A stretch of 58,739 bases of DNA, filler included, from Sphacelaria rigidula (GCA_964200075.2; 8 parts of 8 records of this genome joined end to end with filler, not necessarily neighbours in it); one strand, 5' to 3'; positions 1-12,264 are shown, counted from the first letter of the whole stretch. Made by a program: numbers and translations. Notes: generated by a model not told the origin, from the sequence alone.

Positions 1-79
1 AATCGAAAATCAAATCGGACATCGTTGAGGGCTCGTACAAACATAACGATACAGACTTATGGGGCAGAGGAAGTGTACT

Positions 80-2019
80 CCAACGATCAAGTGGGTGGTA
101 CGTTTCAATTTACAGCCAGCTACTTCTGGCAGCTATCCAATCCATATGTTTGAAAAGGGATGCATATCAGCAAAAGAGAGGAGACCCCAGAAATAGCCGT
201 TACTCACAGGAGCCCGATTTCTCGTAGTGATCGACGTCGTTGACGCTGCCGGCCAAGGCTGTCGGTGCAGCCACTGCCGCGAGGAGAGCAAGCATCTTGA
301 TTACTGCCCGCATTGTTTTATCAGATGAACAGGAAGGATCTCTGTCGGTGTGTATGAAGAGCGGTGTGGATGCGGGTTGCTTGTGGTGTTGTGATGGTAC
401 TGACAGGAAGGGGGGGAGGGGGCGGGTAAGGCGCGTTAGCCTGGAAAGCGCCAGCAGCCAGAAAATCGGCGGAGTAAAAGAATGTCTTGAGAAAATGAAA
501 CAAGAAAACACCGTGCCGCCCGCTGCGATGCTGTTGAACCGAGCTAGCCATTTGGCCGCCACGGGAGGTCAACTATGGGACCGGCATCACTTTCGCTTGA
601 GGAACGTACAGGACCGGAATGACTCCCCCGATAGTTGATGGCTTGCATGAACGGGATCAATATCCAATGGGAGCCGATCAGTGCCATTCACCCGAACTGC
701 GGAGAAACGCTTAGTACTTCTGCTACTGCTTTTGTGAAAGCTCAACGACTCGGGACCGCAGCGGGTGTGGCTACACACACCTCGAGTTGATCACTGCCAC
801 TACACTACAGCATTCAGACCTAGGTGGCGTGTACACGGCATATCTCCAATACCACACCATCACGCCGGGTGCACGCAACATACTCTCCATACTCCACATC
901 CAGAGCATAGAGCAGCGCCTGTCTATTGCTCATGGCTGTCCAAGCAGTGCTGCGTACCCTCCGCCCTGCACAGTGTAAATACGCACTATCGCAGCGGGAA
1001 GGGTACACCAGCCTTTTTCATCATGAAACAACGCGAACGACAGACGATCGCCCAGGCGTTTTCATCTGCTAAATAGAACAGCTCCATTGCAGCATTATTT
1101 TCTTGACATTGCCGGTCAGGTTCACATATCGACTCGCGCGGGCGCTCAAAAGCCCGACATAAAATACGTGTGATGTTCCAAGGAATTCGTGTTTCATGGC
1201 CTCGCTTGTCTTGTGTTTAGCCATACATATCCCTTGAAACAGTGTCAGAATGGAGTTGCAAAAGAGGCATACCCGAGCAAAATGAAGCAGCTGAAGAGGC
1301 ACACCCGACGAAAATGAAGCTACTGAAAAGGCATACCCCAGGAAAGTGGGGCTACTGAAGAGACACACCTGTGGAATTCACTTGCTTGAGAGACTTGCTT
1401 GCGGGGTAAATGGTGGGTTGTGTTTCCTTCTTCCGTCAGGGAAAAACAAAAAAGTGGAATTCCGACAAGCGACATCCATCCGTGCTCGAGTAACCTCGAG
1501 ACGCTTTCTTTCTGTTTCTTTCTCTTTCTGCATCCCTCGATCATCAAGGTGGGGCATTTGCATCCAGAGTTGCATCTTGAGTTCAACTCCGCGTCCAACG
1601 GAGGACCCGCCCTGCCTGGCAGCTCAAGAGATACTGTATCAATTGCCTCTGTAATACGTGGGAAGACCGCGTGCTTAGGGAACCGCATCGGAATTCAATC
1701 ATCCCTATGATTGGAGTTGGGGTTAGAGTTGGTATTGCGGTTAGGGTCAGGGGTGTGGTCCTTGCAGGGACTGTCCCAACTGGTTGTGAACAACGTCGAT
1801 CATGAGGTGTTTTCAACTACGATGTGATCCTCCAAGCACACCATCCTCCCGCGCATTACAGTCTCTTCTACCGTAACGGGTCGGATTGGAGAACCTCACG
1901 GCCGACGATTCACCCGACAAAATAAATGACAGTAAATGCGGAGGAACAATGAACACGTCAGGAGGTGACCGCACCTATGCCGAGGCCCCCACGAACAGAA
2001 CATGCCCACTTAATACCTT
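80..2019. repeat. Left arm of ~1.9-kb inverted duplication
   Basis: Reverse complement aligns by eye with 3299-5218 (e.g. 137 tccaatccatatgtttgaaaaggg vs 5135 cccttttcaaacatatggattgga; 2006 cccacttaatacctt vs 3299 aaggtattaagtggg). ORFs 240..638(+) and 4656..5054(-) translate almost identically. Outer boundary approximate. Confidence 0.93.
208..313 (-). CDS. Exon 1 (signal peptide) of secreted Cys-rich protein, copy A; rest of gene lies beyond the contig start
   Basis: AAAACA-ATG start, MRAVIKMLALLAAVAAPTALAGSVNDVDHYEKSGS, then GTGAGT donor (phase 1). Identical to 4981-5086. Confidence 0.75.
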
Positions 2020-2157
2020 AGGGTTAGTATTAGGGTTATGGTCAGGGGCGTGGTACCTCTAGGGACTGACCCGATTGGTTTTGATAAACGTCGATCCTGA
2101 GGTGTTTTGAATCACGGCGTGGTCCTCTAAGCACGCGGTCCTCTCACGCATCACACC

Positions 2158-2560
2158 CCGGAAGCAGTTAGGACACAAGTGCACAAGTGCTAATGTACAA
2201 ACTGGAGGATACTGCACGGCTATGTCTTCCGGAGTCGCAACAAATGCCCTAGAGGCCATAGTCGGTCCCTCCCCCAGAGGAATGATGCTCATATTTCTCT
2301 CTGCCGTTCATATTTCCCTCTAAGGGACGTTCGCGAAAATCATGTGCTCCAGAGCACCATATTTTTGGTACTCTGGAGGGATTCAGACCTCAGAAGTCAC
2401 TGAAGCATCACATGCCCTCCAGAGGATTCTTTTCATGACCGGCAACAAGTATGAAATACCCCCTGGAGGATATCTTTATCCTCCCGAGGGTCACTCTACC
2501 CTCGAGAGGATGAAAATCGCGATAGAGGATTTTAAGGGGGTAGCCGAATGGCCGCGTGTG
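2158..2560 (+). repeat. Dispersed repeat; second copy at ~25956-26330
   Basis: ggaagcagt..cacaagtgcacaagtgct..ccggagtcgcaacaaatgcc..gggacgttc..gaggatttt..ggggtagccgaat is shared between contigs 1 and 4. Confidence 0.8.
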
Positions 2561-3298
2561 TTGGAAGTGCTGCGTACCGTATACTGTCTGAACTGCTGCT
2601 TGTACAAGTGACTCTCTGTGCAGTATTGCTATATACAGTAGTAAGAGTTGATAAAAACTGCTGTTCGTGCTGTTGTTGCGCCCCTCTTGTCGCAGTATAT
2701 TGTTGAGTCATCGTACGATATGATGTGGGGGTGGGGAAGGAATTTAACCGCACAAACAAAAAGGCCCATTCGACCTGCCACACTCGCGGTGTCGTTGCAT
2801 TCGGTTCGAAACGGCGTCAAACAGGATAAATGAGCGTTAGTGTCTGTAGTATACTCGTTCAAACCACCGTTGCGCTGCTGCTTTCAACAACGATTTGACT
2901 TGGAATTTCGAGCAATAAGTGCGGCCCAAAATACGCCCGCCCCTATCGTATGATGACTCTCCTGTGCTGATCGTGCAAAGCTTGAATCTCGGCGGCGAAG
3001 CGGAGGATTGGACTGCGGTTCCTCGCGTGCGCTTCTCACACACCCAAGCTAGGTCCCCGAGGTACGGTGTTATTGCGTTTGCGCGTGATACTAAGCCGCA
3101 ACAAACGCAAACATACAAAATTAAGGTGTTCTCGGCTTCTGGGGGGGCGTTTCCGGTCCGCTGTCGCCACTTGAGCAAAATGTATAACGAGCTCCACTAG
3201 CTGTGTATGTGGGGGGGCTGTGAGGTGCCGTGGGCCGGCTTGCTCCCTGTGTCGAGAACCGCGCGATCTCAAGTACTGCAGCTGCCCCATACCAAACC

Positions 3299-5218
3299 AA
3301 GGTATTAAGTGGGTGTTTTCTGTTCGTGAGGGCCTCGGCACAGGTGCGATCACCTCCTGACGTGTTCATTGTTCCTCCGCGTTTACTATATTATTATTTA
3401 TTTTGTCGAGTGAATCGTCGGTCGTAAGGTTTTCCACTCCGACCCGAAACTGTAGAAGAGAATGTAATGCGCGGGAGGACCGCGTGCTTAGAGGGTCGCA
3501 TCGTAGTTGGAACCACCTCATGATCGACGTTTTTCACAAGCAGTGGGGCCAGTCCCTGCAGGGGCCACACCCCTGTTCCTAAGCCCAACTCCAACCCTGA
3601 CTGCAATTCCAACCATACGGATGTTTGAATTCCGATGCGGTCCCTCGGGCACGCGATCTTCCCACGTATTACAGAGGCAATCGATGGAGTATCTCTCGAG
3701 CTGCCTGGCAGAGCGGGTCGTTCGTTGGATAGGGAGTTGAACTCAAGATGCGACTCTGGACGTAAATGCCTCACCTTCATGATCGAGGGACGCAGAAACA
3801 AAGAACGTCTCGAGGTTACTTGAGCACGGATGGCTGTCGCTTATCGGAATTTCACATTTTCGTTTTTTTCTTGACGGAAGAAGGAAACACAACCCAACAT
3901 TACCCCGCAAGCGAGTTTCGCAGGCGAGTGAATTCCACGGGTGTGTCCCTTCAGCAACTCTATCTTCCTCGCGTATGACTTTTCAGTAGCTTCATTTTCG
4001 TCGGGTGCGCCTCTTCGGTAGCTTCATTTTTCTCGGGTATGCCTCTTTTGCAGCTTCATTCTGACACTGTTTCAAACGGATATGTATGGCTAAACACAAG
4101 ACAAGCGAGGGCATGAAACACGGGTCCCTTGGAACACTACACGTATTTCCTATTGGCCATTTGAGCGCCCGCGGGAGTCGATATGTGAACCTGACCGGCA
4201 ATTTCTTAGTGCTGCAATGGAACTATTTAGCAGATGAACACCCCTTGGCGATCTTCTGTCGTTCATGTTGTTTCATGAAGGGAAAAAGGCGCGGCGATGG
4301 TGCGTATTCATACTGTGCGGGGCGGAGGGTACGCAACACTGCTTGGGCAGCCGTAAGCAATAGACAGGCGCTGCTCTATGCTCTGGATGCGGAGTATGGA
4401 GAGTATGTTGCGTGCTCCCGGCGTGATGGTGTGCTATTGGAGATATGCCGTGTACACGCCGACAGCTCTCACCTAGGTCTGAATGCTGTAGTGTAGTGGC
4501 AGTGATCAACTCGAGGTGTGGAGCCACACCCGCTGCGGTCCCGAGTCGTTGAGCTTTCACAAAAGCAGTAGCAGAAGTACTAAGCGTTTCTCCGCAGTTC
4601 GGGTGAATGGCACCGATTGGCTCCCATTGGATGTTGGTCCCGTTCATGCAAACCTTCAACAACCAGGGAAATCATCCCGGTCATGTACGTTCCTCAAGCG
4701 AAAGTGATGCCGGTCCCATAGTTGACCTCCCGTGGCGGCCAAATGACTAGCTCGGTTCAACAACATCGCAGCGGGCGGCACGGTGTTTTCTTGTTTCATT
4801 TTCTCGAGACATTCTTTTACACCGCCGATTTTCTGGCTGCTGGCGCTTTCCAGGCTAACACGCCTTACCCGCCCCCTCCCCCCCTTCCTGTCAGTACCAT
4901 CACAACACCACAAGCAACCAGCATCATCACCGCTCTTCATACACACCGACAGAGATCCTTGCTTTTCATCGAGTAAAACAATGCGGGCAGTAATCAAGAT
5001 GCTTGCTCTCCTCGCGGCAGTGGCTGCACCGACAGCCTTGGCCGGCAGCGTCAACGACGTCGATCACTACGAGAAATCGGGCTCCTGTGAGTAACGGCTG
5101 TTCGTGGGGTTTCTTTCCTTTTGCTGATATGCATCCCTTTTCAAACATATGGATTGGAACTGCGATAGCTGCAGTAGTCGGCTGTATATTAAACACCGGC
5201 CACTTGACTGTTATTGGG
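3299..5218. repeat. Right arm of ~1.9-kb inverted duplication
   Basis: Reverse complement of 80-2019 with substitutions and small indels; 1.28-kb spacer at 2020-3298. Confidence 0.93.
4981..5086 (+). CDS. Exon 1 (signal peptide) of secreted Cys-rich protein, copy B
   Basis: AAAACA-ATG, basic N-terminus, hydrophobic core LALLAAVAA, A-L-A cleavage-like site, GTGAGT donor at 5087 (35 codons + 1 nt). Confidence 0.8.
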
Positions 5219-6464
5219 CATCATCGCTGAAAGTGTGGGGAAAACACTGTTTTAGGCTTGAACCTCATCTCGGAGTTAAACCTCAAATCGCACAATTTGC
5301 TGTTACCTGCTGAATCGGCATCAATATTTACTTCAAAAAAGCATGCGTCATCCAGATGGAGCACCCGCACCGCGGTTTGAGGGTTCATCGCAACAGATTG
5401 TACCTCATTCATAACAATTGACGCTGGTTTAACCCTTAGACCGCGAGGTTAGTCTTCTGTTGAATCGGCATCAATTTCAAGTGAAAAAAGTATGCGTGGT
5501 CCAGAAAGACTAATCTCGCGGTCTTAGGGCTAAACCGAGACAAGCCCATCGAGAGTGTGGCCGGTCGTCTGACACACATATGAGCCTCTTTTTCGTCCAA
5601 TCAAATAACCCCCCCTTCCCCCCTATCGTAGGATGCCTTCAAGCTGACTAGAATTTTCCCGTCCTGCCCTCCTGTGTGCGCACGACTCAGCAGCCGCCGC
5701 TGGTCTCTCGGCGCGTCTCCTCATCATGTGTGCCATAGCATCTATCTTGGTATATTGCAGTGTATAGTAATCGTTGGATACTACGCCTCTGTGGCTCAGT
5801 GGGTAACCTCGGAATCTTCTGACCGTTAGTTCGTGAATTCGAATCTCGGAGCGATCTGGGAATTTCACTCACACCATGCTCAACAGTGGAGAGCGACTAT
5901 TTCCTCCGTCCCATAAGTAAAGGTACCTAAGCTTGACTTAACGGTCGACGAGGGAAAGGGACTGCTGTACTCTTCTCGCGATAAAAAAGAGCACCGCGGA
6001 AGGAAGGTGAAGTACTAAAAACGAACAAAACATATAAAACTCCTGCGTTGACCCTCCTCCTGTGACCCCGGCTGGTGCGCCCACATATACCGAAAGGTGT
6101 TGTCCGGCGTCCAGAATAGATGGGACGACAACACTACAACAATGTATAAACCATTCGACTAGCATGTTGTGCCCATATTTTAGTATGCCAAGGAGACAAC
6201 TAAAAACGCAGAGAAGAGTACCGCAAGCGTCTGAAAGCAGCATTTCGGTTCGTCGCTGCAACCAGGGCGACGGACTCATGGTTGTGGCGACCTACGAATG
6301 TGCATTTTCTGAACGCTTGCTCAACTTTTCGCTTCCCATGTTTTGTCGTGAAGATGGGGCCCTTGCTACCTTACTAATACAGAACCTGTAACTCCGGTGC
6401 CATTTGTTTTGTCCCATGTATCATTTGTGTCGTCCCGTGTATTCTCACTCCCATAATAAAACAG

Positions 6465-6551
6465 ACAAGTGCAATGACTACAAGTGCGACGACGGCTGGA
6501 GCAAGAAGGACTGCTACAAGTGCAGCCACGACGATTGTTGTGAGAAGAAGG
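6465..6551 (+). CDS. Exon 2 of secreted Cys-rich protein: (Y)KCNDYKCDDGWSKKDCYKCSHDDCCEKK
   Basis: CTCAC branch-like site, ACAG acceptor at 6464 and GTGAGC donor at 6552. The 87-nt phase 1-1 exon is in frame with exon 1, with strong C/G third-position bias and six Cys. Confidence 0.8.
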
Positions 6552-7140
6552 GTGAGCGAAATATTGGTTTTCAATTGCATCACGAACGGTACCTCCCGCC
6601 TTGAGAGAGAAGGGTACAGCCGAAAGATTGGCGACCTCCCAATCCCCACCATGATGGTAACTGCGCCCCCTCCGGAAGACATGTTTCACAGCTGCGATCA
6701 GATCTTTTGTAGTATTATGGTAACCATGTCGAAACGAACGCGATTTTCGTCGTTGCCGGGGCGTACTGCTTCGTCCCGCCGGTGTGTTGCCCGGAATTTT
6801 CACAACCAAGTATGAGAACCCCGTTCAACGAGAACTATGGATAGTAGCCCAACTATCGCGCGCGGGACGAAATCCCCCTGAGGCACGGTCGAACTTTGCG
6901 AGCGGGCTTCAGAATCATCCCATGATAGGGGAGAGGGGGGTATGTTGGGCCACTTCTTGCACGAAATTCCTAGTCAAATCGTCGTTGAATGCAGCAACGG
7001 TTGCTCAGACGAGCTTGTTATAGAAACATAACGACCATTTATACCGATTGGCATCGTTTTGAACCAAAAACAAGCGCATCGCGAGTGTGGCATGTACATA
7101 TGAGCCTCGGTTTTCGTACAATCAAATACCCCCCCACGGT

Positions 7141-7256
7141 ATTCAGCGTAGGTTTAGAGAGATAGCAGCAGATGTACATAAGTACAAAAGGCGAGGAGAA
7201 GTAATGTTCGTGGGGAATTGGAATGCGAGGGTAGGAAAAGCAGGCCAACCGGATGA
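7141..7256 (+). mobile_element. LINE ORF2 fragment, apurinic endonuclease domain (cut by contig end)
   Basis: IQRRFREIAADVHKYKRRGEVMFVGNWNARVG resembles the APE motif hhhGDFNARVG. Confidence 0.7.
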
Positions 7257-7356
7257 NNNNNNNNNNNNNNNNNNNNNNNNNNNNNNNNNNNNNNNNNNNN
7301 TTAATTAATTAANNNNNNNNNNNNNNNNNNNNNNNNNNNNNNNNNNNNNNNNNNNN
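7257..7356. other. Artificial contig spacer
   Basis: 44 N + TTAATTAATTAA (stops in all six frames) + 44 N. Confidence 0.98.
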
Positions 7357-8941
7357 TCCTCCTATGTGACCCCGGCTGATGCGCCCACATATAACGAAAG
7401 GTGTAGACTGTTGCCCAGAATAAATGGGACGACAACACACACACACACTCGTTTGGGTTGTTTCACTTCCGTACTAGGTACTCATGTGTTCCTTGCGGAG
7501 AAGACGCGACATGATTACTGGTCGAGGTTCGCTGAGGTGGTTCCAATCTCTGCCGTAATGTTCCACGCTTGTGCGGGCGACGGCTCAGCAGGTGATTGCG
7601 TGCGCCCAACGCACCCTACACGATCCTTTTCTTGTTTTATCAACAGCCCACCCCGCCCCCACACCCTCCTGCGCCAATAACCCTCCGACCCANNNNNNNN
7701 NNGCCTGTCCCCCGGCGGGGGGGCGGGGGAGCAGCGGGTCGGTGCCCGCGACCCCCCCCCACGCCGCCCCCCCCCCCCCCCCCCTCGATCTGAAAAACCG
7801 CGCGAGAAAACGGAATATTCTTGTTGTTGAGAACTGCTGCACTGTACCATGACCAACTCAAAGGACGTTCGAATCATGACACATGAAAAACAGCGTGTGA
7901 ACGCGCGCGTTCGTTCGTTCCTTGTTCGTTGAACCTCGTCACCGTGTTCGGAGGCCGCTCACACTAGTGGAGAAAACATCAAGCATCACTGCACCTGCAC
8001 CATCCATGTGATGATGTGTACGGCAGCACTTTACCCGCCTGGTCTTTACATTTACAACACAGTGAGTGCAGCGCGGCGAAGTGCAAAGTGCAGTAGTTCG
8101 CGAAGCAGCTTCGAAGGGCAGCGACTGACTGTTGTACAGCCATCCCGAGGATCAATGAGGTTGAAGTGCCGCTATGGGGGGCATGAACGGAATGGGGACC
8201 CAATGAAATTGAAACATGCAGTCCCATAGTGACAAGCTGGATGGACTCCACTTGATTTTGTAGGATGATTCTGCAGTATACGACGCGCATCAGTCACTAC
8301 TGCAGACAACACAACAGTACAACAGTGTAGTGTAGGCCGTCTGGGATACGTCGGCGACGCCCTTGGACGAACGGGAGACTGCAACGCTACACGCTTAGCA
8401 CATCGATATGAAGTTGTCTTGCCCATCCATGACATGATTCGTATTGGCCTATAATTCATGCCGAGGTGTAGGGGAAGGGGCGCGTGATACAAGGCTGCGC
8501 GAACGGCGATCGTACGAAGAGACTTCGAAGGGGATACAGTACAACAACAAAAGTACTGTTGTCTACTATATATCCAAGATACTGTCTGCAGTACATTACT
8601 GGACATAGTCGTTACAACTGTTGCTCTGGTCCGTGTTGTGTGGCATTATATACTGAAACACGACCAGAGGTTGCCGGTGCGTTTGGTCCAACCCTGTAGT
8701 TGTTGCATTGTGTACTACATCACGACCACCACCGCCACCACCACGAGCAATAACAGTACCAGTAACTGTAAGCATCAAATACCGAACCAAACCATACTCT
8801 TGAAACGATCAAATGGGCGCACCAGCAATCTTGAGCGAGATACATGTGTACCCAATCACTTCGACATGTCGAACTCACAACGCCAGTAGTCATATCTGTA
8901 TGTAGGTGCACTACTGATGCCTGACCGTCCTGTAGCCTCAC

Positions 8942-9400
8942 CTTCTCGCCGACATCGCCACCAACACGACCTCCATCGCCCTCACTGTTCGCTAGCCTAG
9001 CCTTTTCCGCTATCCATTCCTCGCTCTTTATACCTGCGTCTGCCCCCCCCCGTAATCGCTCAACCGCTACCCACATTGCCCGTGTCCTGCCTGCGGCGGA
9101 GTAGCTGCCCACTCCGGATTGGTACATATACGAAGACGTACGAGAACTACCACGATCCTGCCTCGAAGTAGCATCGCCCGAAGTCATGAGACGAGACGGT
9201 ACATAAGGAGTAGACCATGGCCGCCAGTACGGGGTGACGCTGTTGGCGATACGGGCGAATCTTCGTGTTGGTAATGCTGATATTTGTCCGAGCAGGAGCA
9301 GCAACAACAGCATCGCAGGCGTTGTTGATGCTGCTGTTGTTGACGTCTTGATAATTGCCACGCGTCCAACGAAGCCGCTCCTCCTCACAGACTGCAACAT
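8942..9400 (-). CDS. Probable first exon (153 aa) of an unknown protein with N-terminal targeting-like sequence
   Basis: ATG at 9400, poly-Leu hydrophobic stretch, Ser/Arg/Thr-rich region, ERLRGG motif; ends GEK|GTGAGG donor (phase 0). Confidence 0.6.
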
Positions 9401-11045
9401 GATGATTTCTTTGTACTGTACTACAAAAATGTCTTCGGAGGAGCTCGGGCTGGATCACGAGCCTTTTTCTCTTTGTACCGAACAGCAACCCCTGCCCACT
9501 TATGCTGAGAAGCAGCTTCGGGGGCCTTCTGCTCTATATTGTCTGCCACCGCACTCTGTAAATGCAGTCTCAACCAGATCCCGTGTAGCGTCTTTTCAAA
9601 ATGTGTGTGCTTTGGTGTCTCAACACAACCCAGGACAGCTTTTGAAGGAAAGGCTGCTGTTTGTTGCAGTTGGACCAAATACAAAAACACACACACAAAA
9701 ATCCCGCAGGTATCGATTCCTCAGCAATGTGCTACCTCAACACGACTGGATATGCAGACCTGTGATTCAATCTCCCTCCCCCCCGCCCCAAGCACTCTCG
9801 GGTAGGGTTAACTACCCGGGCGGCGCTTGCCGCTCCATGTATGGTAGGTGTAAGGTGTGTAAGCTTCCCTGCCGTTATTATCGGTGAAGACACGAATCAT
9901 CCAGCCATTTTCATGGAAACCCTCTCGATTTCGGAACAGTTATTTGTTCAGGCAGGTACTGTACAAGCACACGTACTACTGTTGTTGCGCCTGGTCTGCC
10001 GCACCTGCTGCTACAGCCACCGCTGCTGCTATTGAAACAGCTCAGAGAGTCATTGATGTATATTTCCGAAAATAGATCGATTCACCGCTCACAGGTAAGC
10101 CGGGGAATTGCAATGTGTAAAGCAGAACGTTTCTGCCATGCTGTTCGTTGTACTAAATAAGCTTTCAGCCCCAGTTTTCTCGTAGTACAAGGGCGCTAAG
10201 CTCTTGAAACAACCCGGCATGCAGATCATGCCCCGATAAGATTTATCGGAGGATGTCCTTTCTAGCGGCATGGTCTAGCGGGCGAGTGAGATCCTTGGTT
10301 GTAGACAGTAAAAAGGTTGCGACATTGTTCATCGTTGGGGGTGTTATCCTCCGTCACTGATAAGAGCTTGCCAAAACATCTCAACTCACAACGGCTCTCG
10401 GCAACATGTTGAGTCTGTTCGCTCCCCCATGAGAGCAATGAAGGGATCCATCAACTGTTTCTGTGACGCAGCTTTCGCTGGCTGTGTTCTTCGTTCTCTG
10501 CTGCGTTCAGTTTTTCTTGACTTCATGACTGTTGTCTTGCACATACACATTCGAGTACAACATCGGTATCCCCTGCGCACAGCAGACCAGTCCATGCAGT
10601 GCAGACGGTACAGTGCAGTACAGCCAGTACAGCCAGTGGTACAATGCAGCACCCATACCTTCAGTATATCCAGTACGTACATATTATTCGTTGCATCTAC
10701 GGCCAGTGCACTGTCAGTAGATTAAGAGGTGACATGTACGTTGATCGTTGGTCGATCAACCACCAAACACAAAACCAGGGCGATTCAATCATGGGCAATG
10801 GCCTAGAAAATGTACACCATCTTGTATTCTGCCTAAGAAAGGCACGAAAAACGGCCAGGAACGCGGCAACAGCGAAACATACAATCTACATCGATTTCGC
10901 TCCGAATTTTCGACGCACAGCAATCGGGGGGCTCCTCGGCACCCGTGCCTCGAAACAAATCCAGAAAAAACATGTTGCTCGCGAGATATGGTCATGCGCA
11001 CAAGGACTTCTGGCCTCCGGAAACCGCCTTTAACAATACGTAAAG

Positions 11046-11240
11046 AGTTTCGGAATGCGCTTTTTTTTGTCACTTCAGAGTGCAAATATCTCAGGATCAA
11101 ATTGCAGAGTAAAAACAAACACCTCATCGAAAAAACATCAAGGGGATACCACATTTAACGAAGGGGGAAATATTTTTTCGTTACACTCTGATCCTGAGAT
11201 ATTTGCACTCTGAAGTGACGAAAAAGAGTGTTCCGAAACT
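11046..11240. mobile_element. MITE-like element
   Basis: Inverted termini agtttcggaa..gtcacttcagagtgcaaatatctcaggatca / tgatcctgagatatttgcactctgaagtgac..ttccgaaact. Confidence 0.75.
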
Positions 11241-11242
11241 AA

Positions 11243-11535
11243 AATGTATTCGTGAGATTGAGAGTAGAAGATACCATTGAGAGTGAAAAGCGGTCAAGCA
11301 GTCAATGAATCGTTTCAGGTCCGAAATGTCCCTTCACGAGGCCCTTTATGCTTTTTGTAGTAGCTTGCCACTGAGGCCCTTGATATCCCTGAGTAGGATA
11401 TCGACGTGTAGCTGTAAGCACACGCCAGTGATGGAGGCACAGAAAGCACACACGGAATGAAGAAATGGCTGAGGGAGAGCGAATGACCGAAGCCACTCTC
11501 AATCAGCGCTCTACTCTCAATTTCACGAAGACATT
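11243..11535. mobile_element. MITE-like element
   Basis: 26-bp imperfect TIR aatgtattcgtgagattgagagtaga / tctactctcaatttcacgaagacatt. Confidence 0.65.
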
Positions 11536-11884
11536 GTTCTTACTAGGCCAAATTTCGGCCAGGTATACTTGATGTAGGAACTCTTTTTCAATCGTACCTT
11601 ATCTGGGCCACCAGTCGGCACAGAAAGTACCTGTCCTGGGCCATCGCTTCCCACACTGTATCTGATGCGGCACACTGCGCGCAAGAGAATCTACTCGCCA
11701 AGGTTAACCATGGCGTCCACGTACTCGGCTCTTTTCCCGCCCACTTGCTGTTCACCAACGCCACAACGACCACCTACATTTTACTTACCCTAACGCCACA
11801 ATCGTTAACTCTTTTCGGACTGAACTTCCCACAACGGTATGTTTTTGGCACTTTTCCCCACTTTCCCCCACAATGATGGTGTGT

Positions 11885-12101
11885 TAGTAGAGGTACTGTG
11901 TCTCAAACTCGGTTCCCGGTTTCCTGGTTTATTCGCTGGCTCTGGGATTTGTACTATTTTTTCAAGTGAAAGTGATGGCGATTCATGGGAGACTTTTTCT
12001 GTTCCTTCCTTTTTTCTTATTTTTCTTATTCTGTTCTATTTTTGCTGCTCCTGACCACGGGCTGGATTGTTGCAATCAGCTAATGTGAGATAATCAATCA
12101 G

Positions 12102-12142
<41 letters not shown>

Positions 12143-12264
12143 GGGAGGACCTGGCCTGGCGGTCAAAGGGTCTCATCATCTCATGAATCGCCATCACTTT
12201 CACTTGAAGAAGTAGAACAAAACAAACCAAGAGACCGGGAACCGAGTTTGAGATACCTCTAGTA
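11885..12264. mobile_element. MITE-like element enclosing a microsatellite
   Basis: tctcaaactcggttcccggt..ttcaagtgaaagtgatggcgattcatg / catgaatcgccatcactttcacttgaa..accgggaaccgagtttgaga. Confidence 0.7.
12092..12142. repeat. (AATC)n microsatellite
   Basis: About 12 AATC units with one interruption. Confidence 0.95.

Noticed and set aside
240-638. 132-aa ORF and its twin at 4656..5054 as real genes
   Set aside because: Non-ATG start, antisense to the signal-peptide exon; the similarity only reflects the inverted duplication.
2020-3298. Transposase inside the large inverted repeat (a TIR transposon)
   Set aside because: The spacer has only dispersed repeats and short ORFs with no DDE, HUH or recombinase motifs.
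7301-7312. TTAATTAATTAA as a biological motif, and ORFs ending in X..LIN
   Set aside because: Artificial six-frame-stop linker embedded in N runs.
10089-10460. Protein-like minus-strand frame (MNNVATFLL..LFQELSALVLRENWG)
   Set aside because: Several stops and no recognisable domain; at most a decayed relic.
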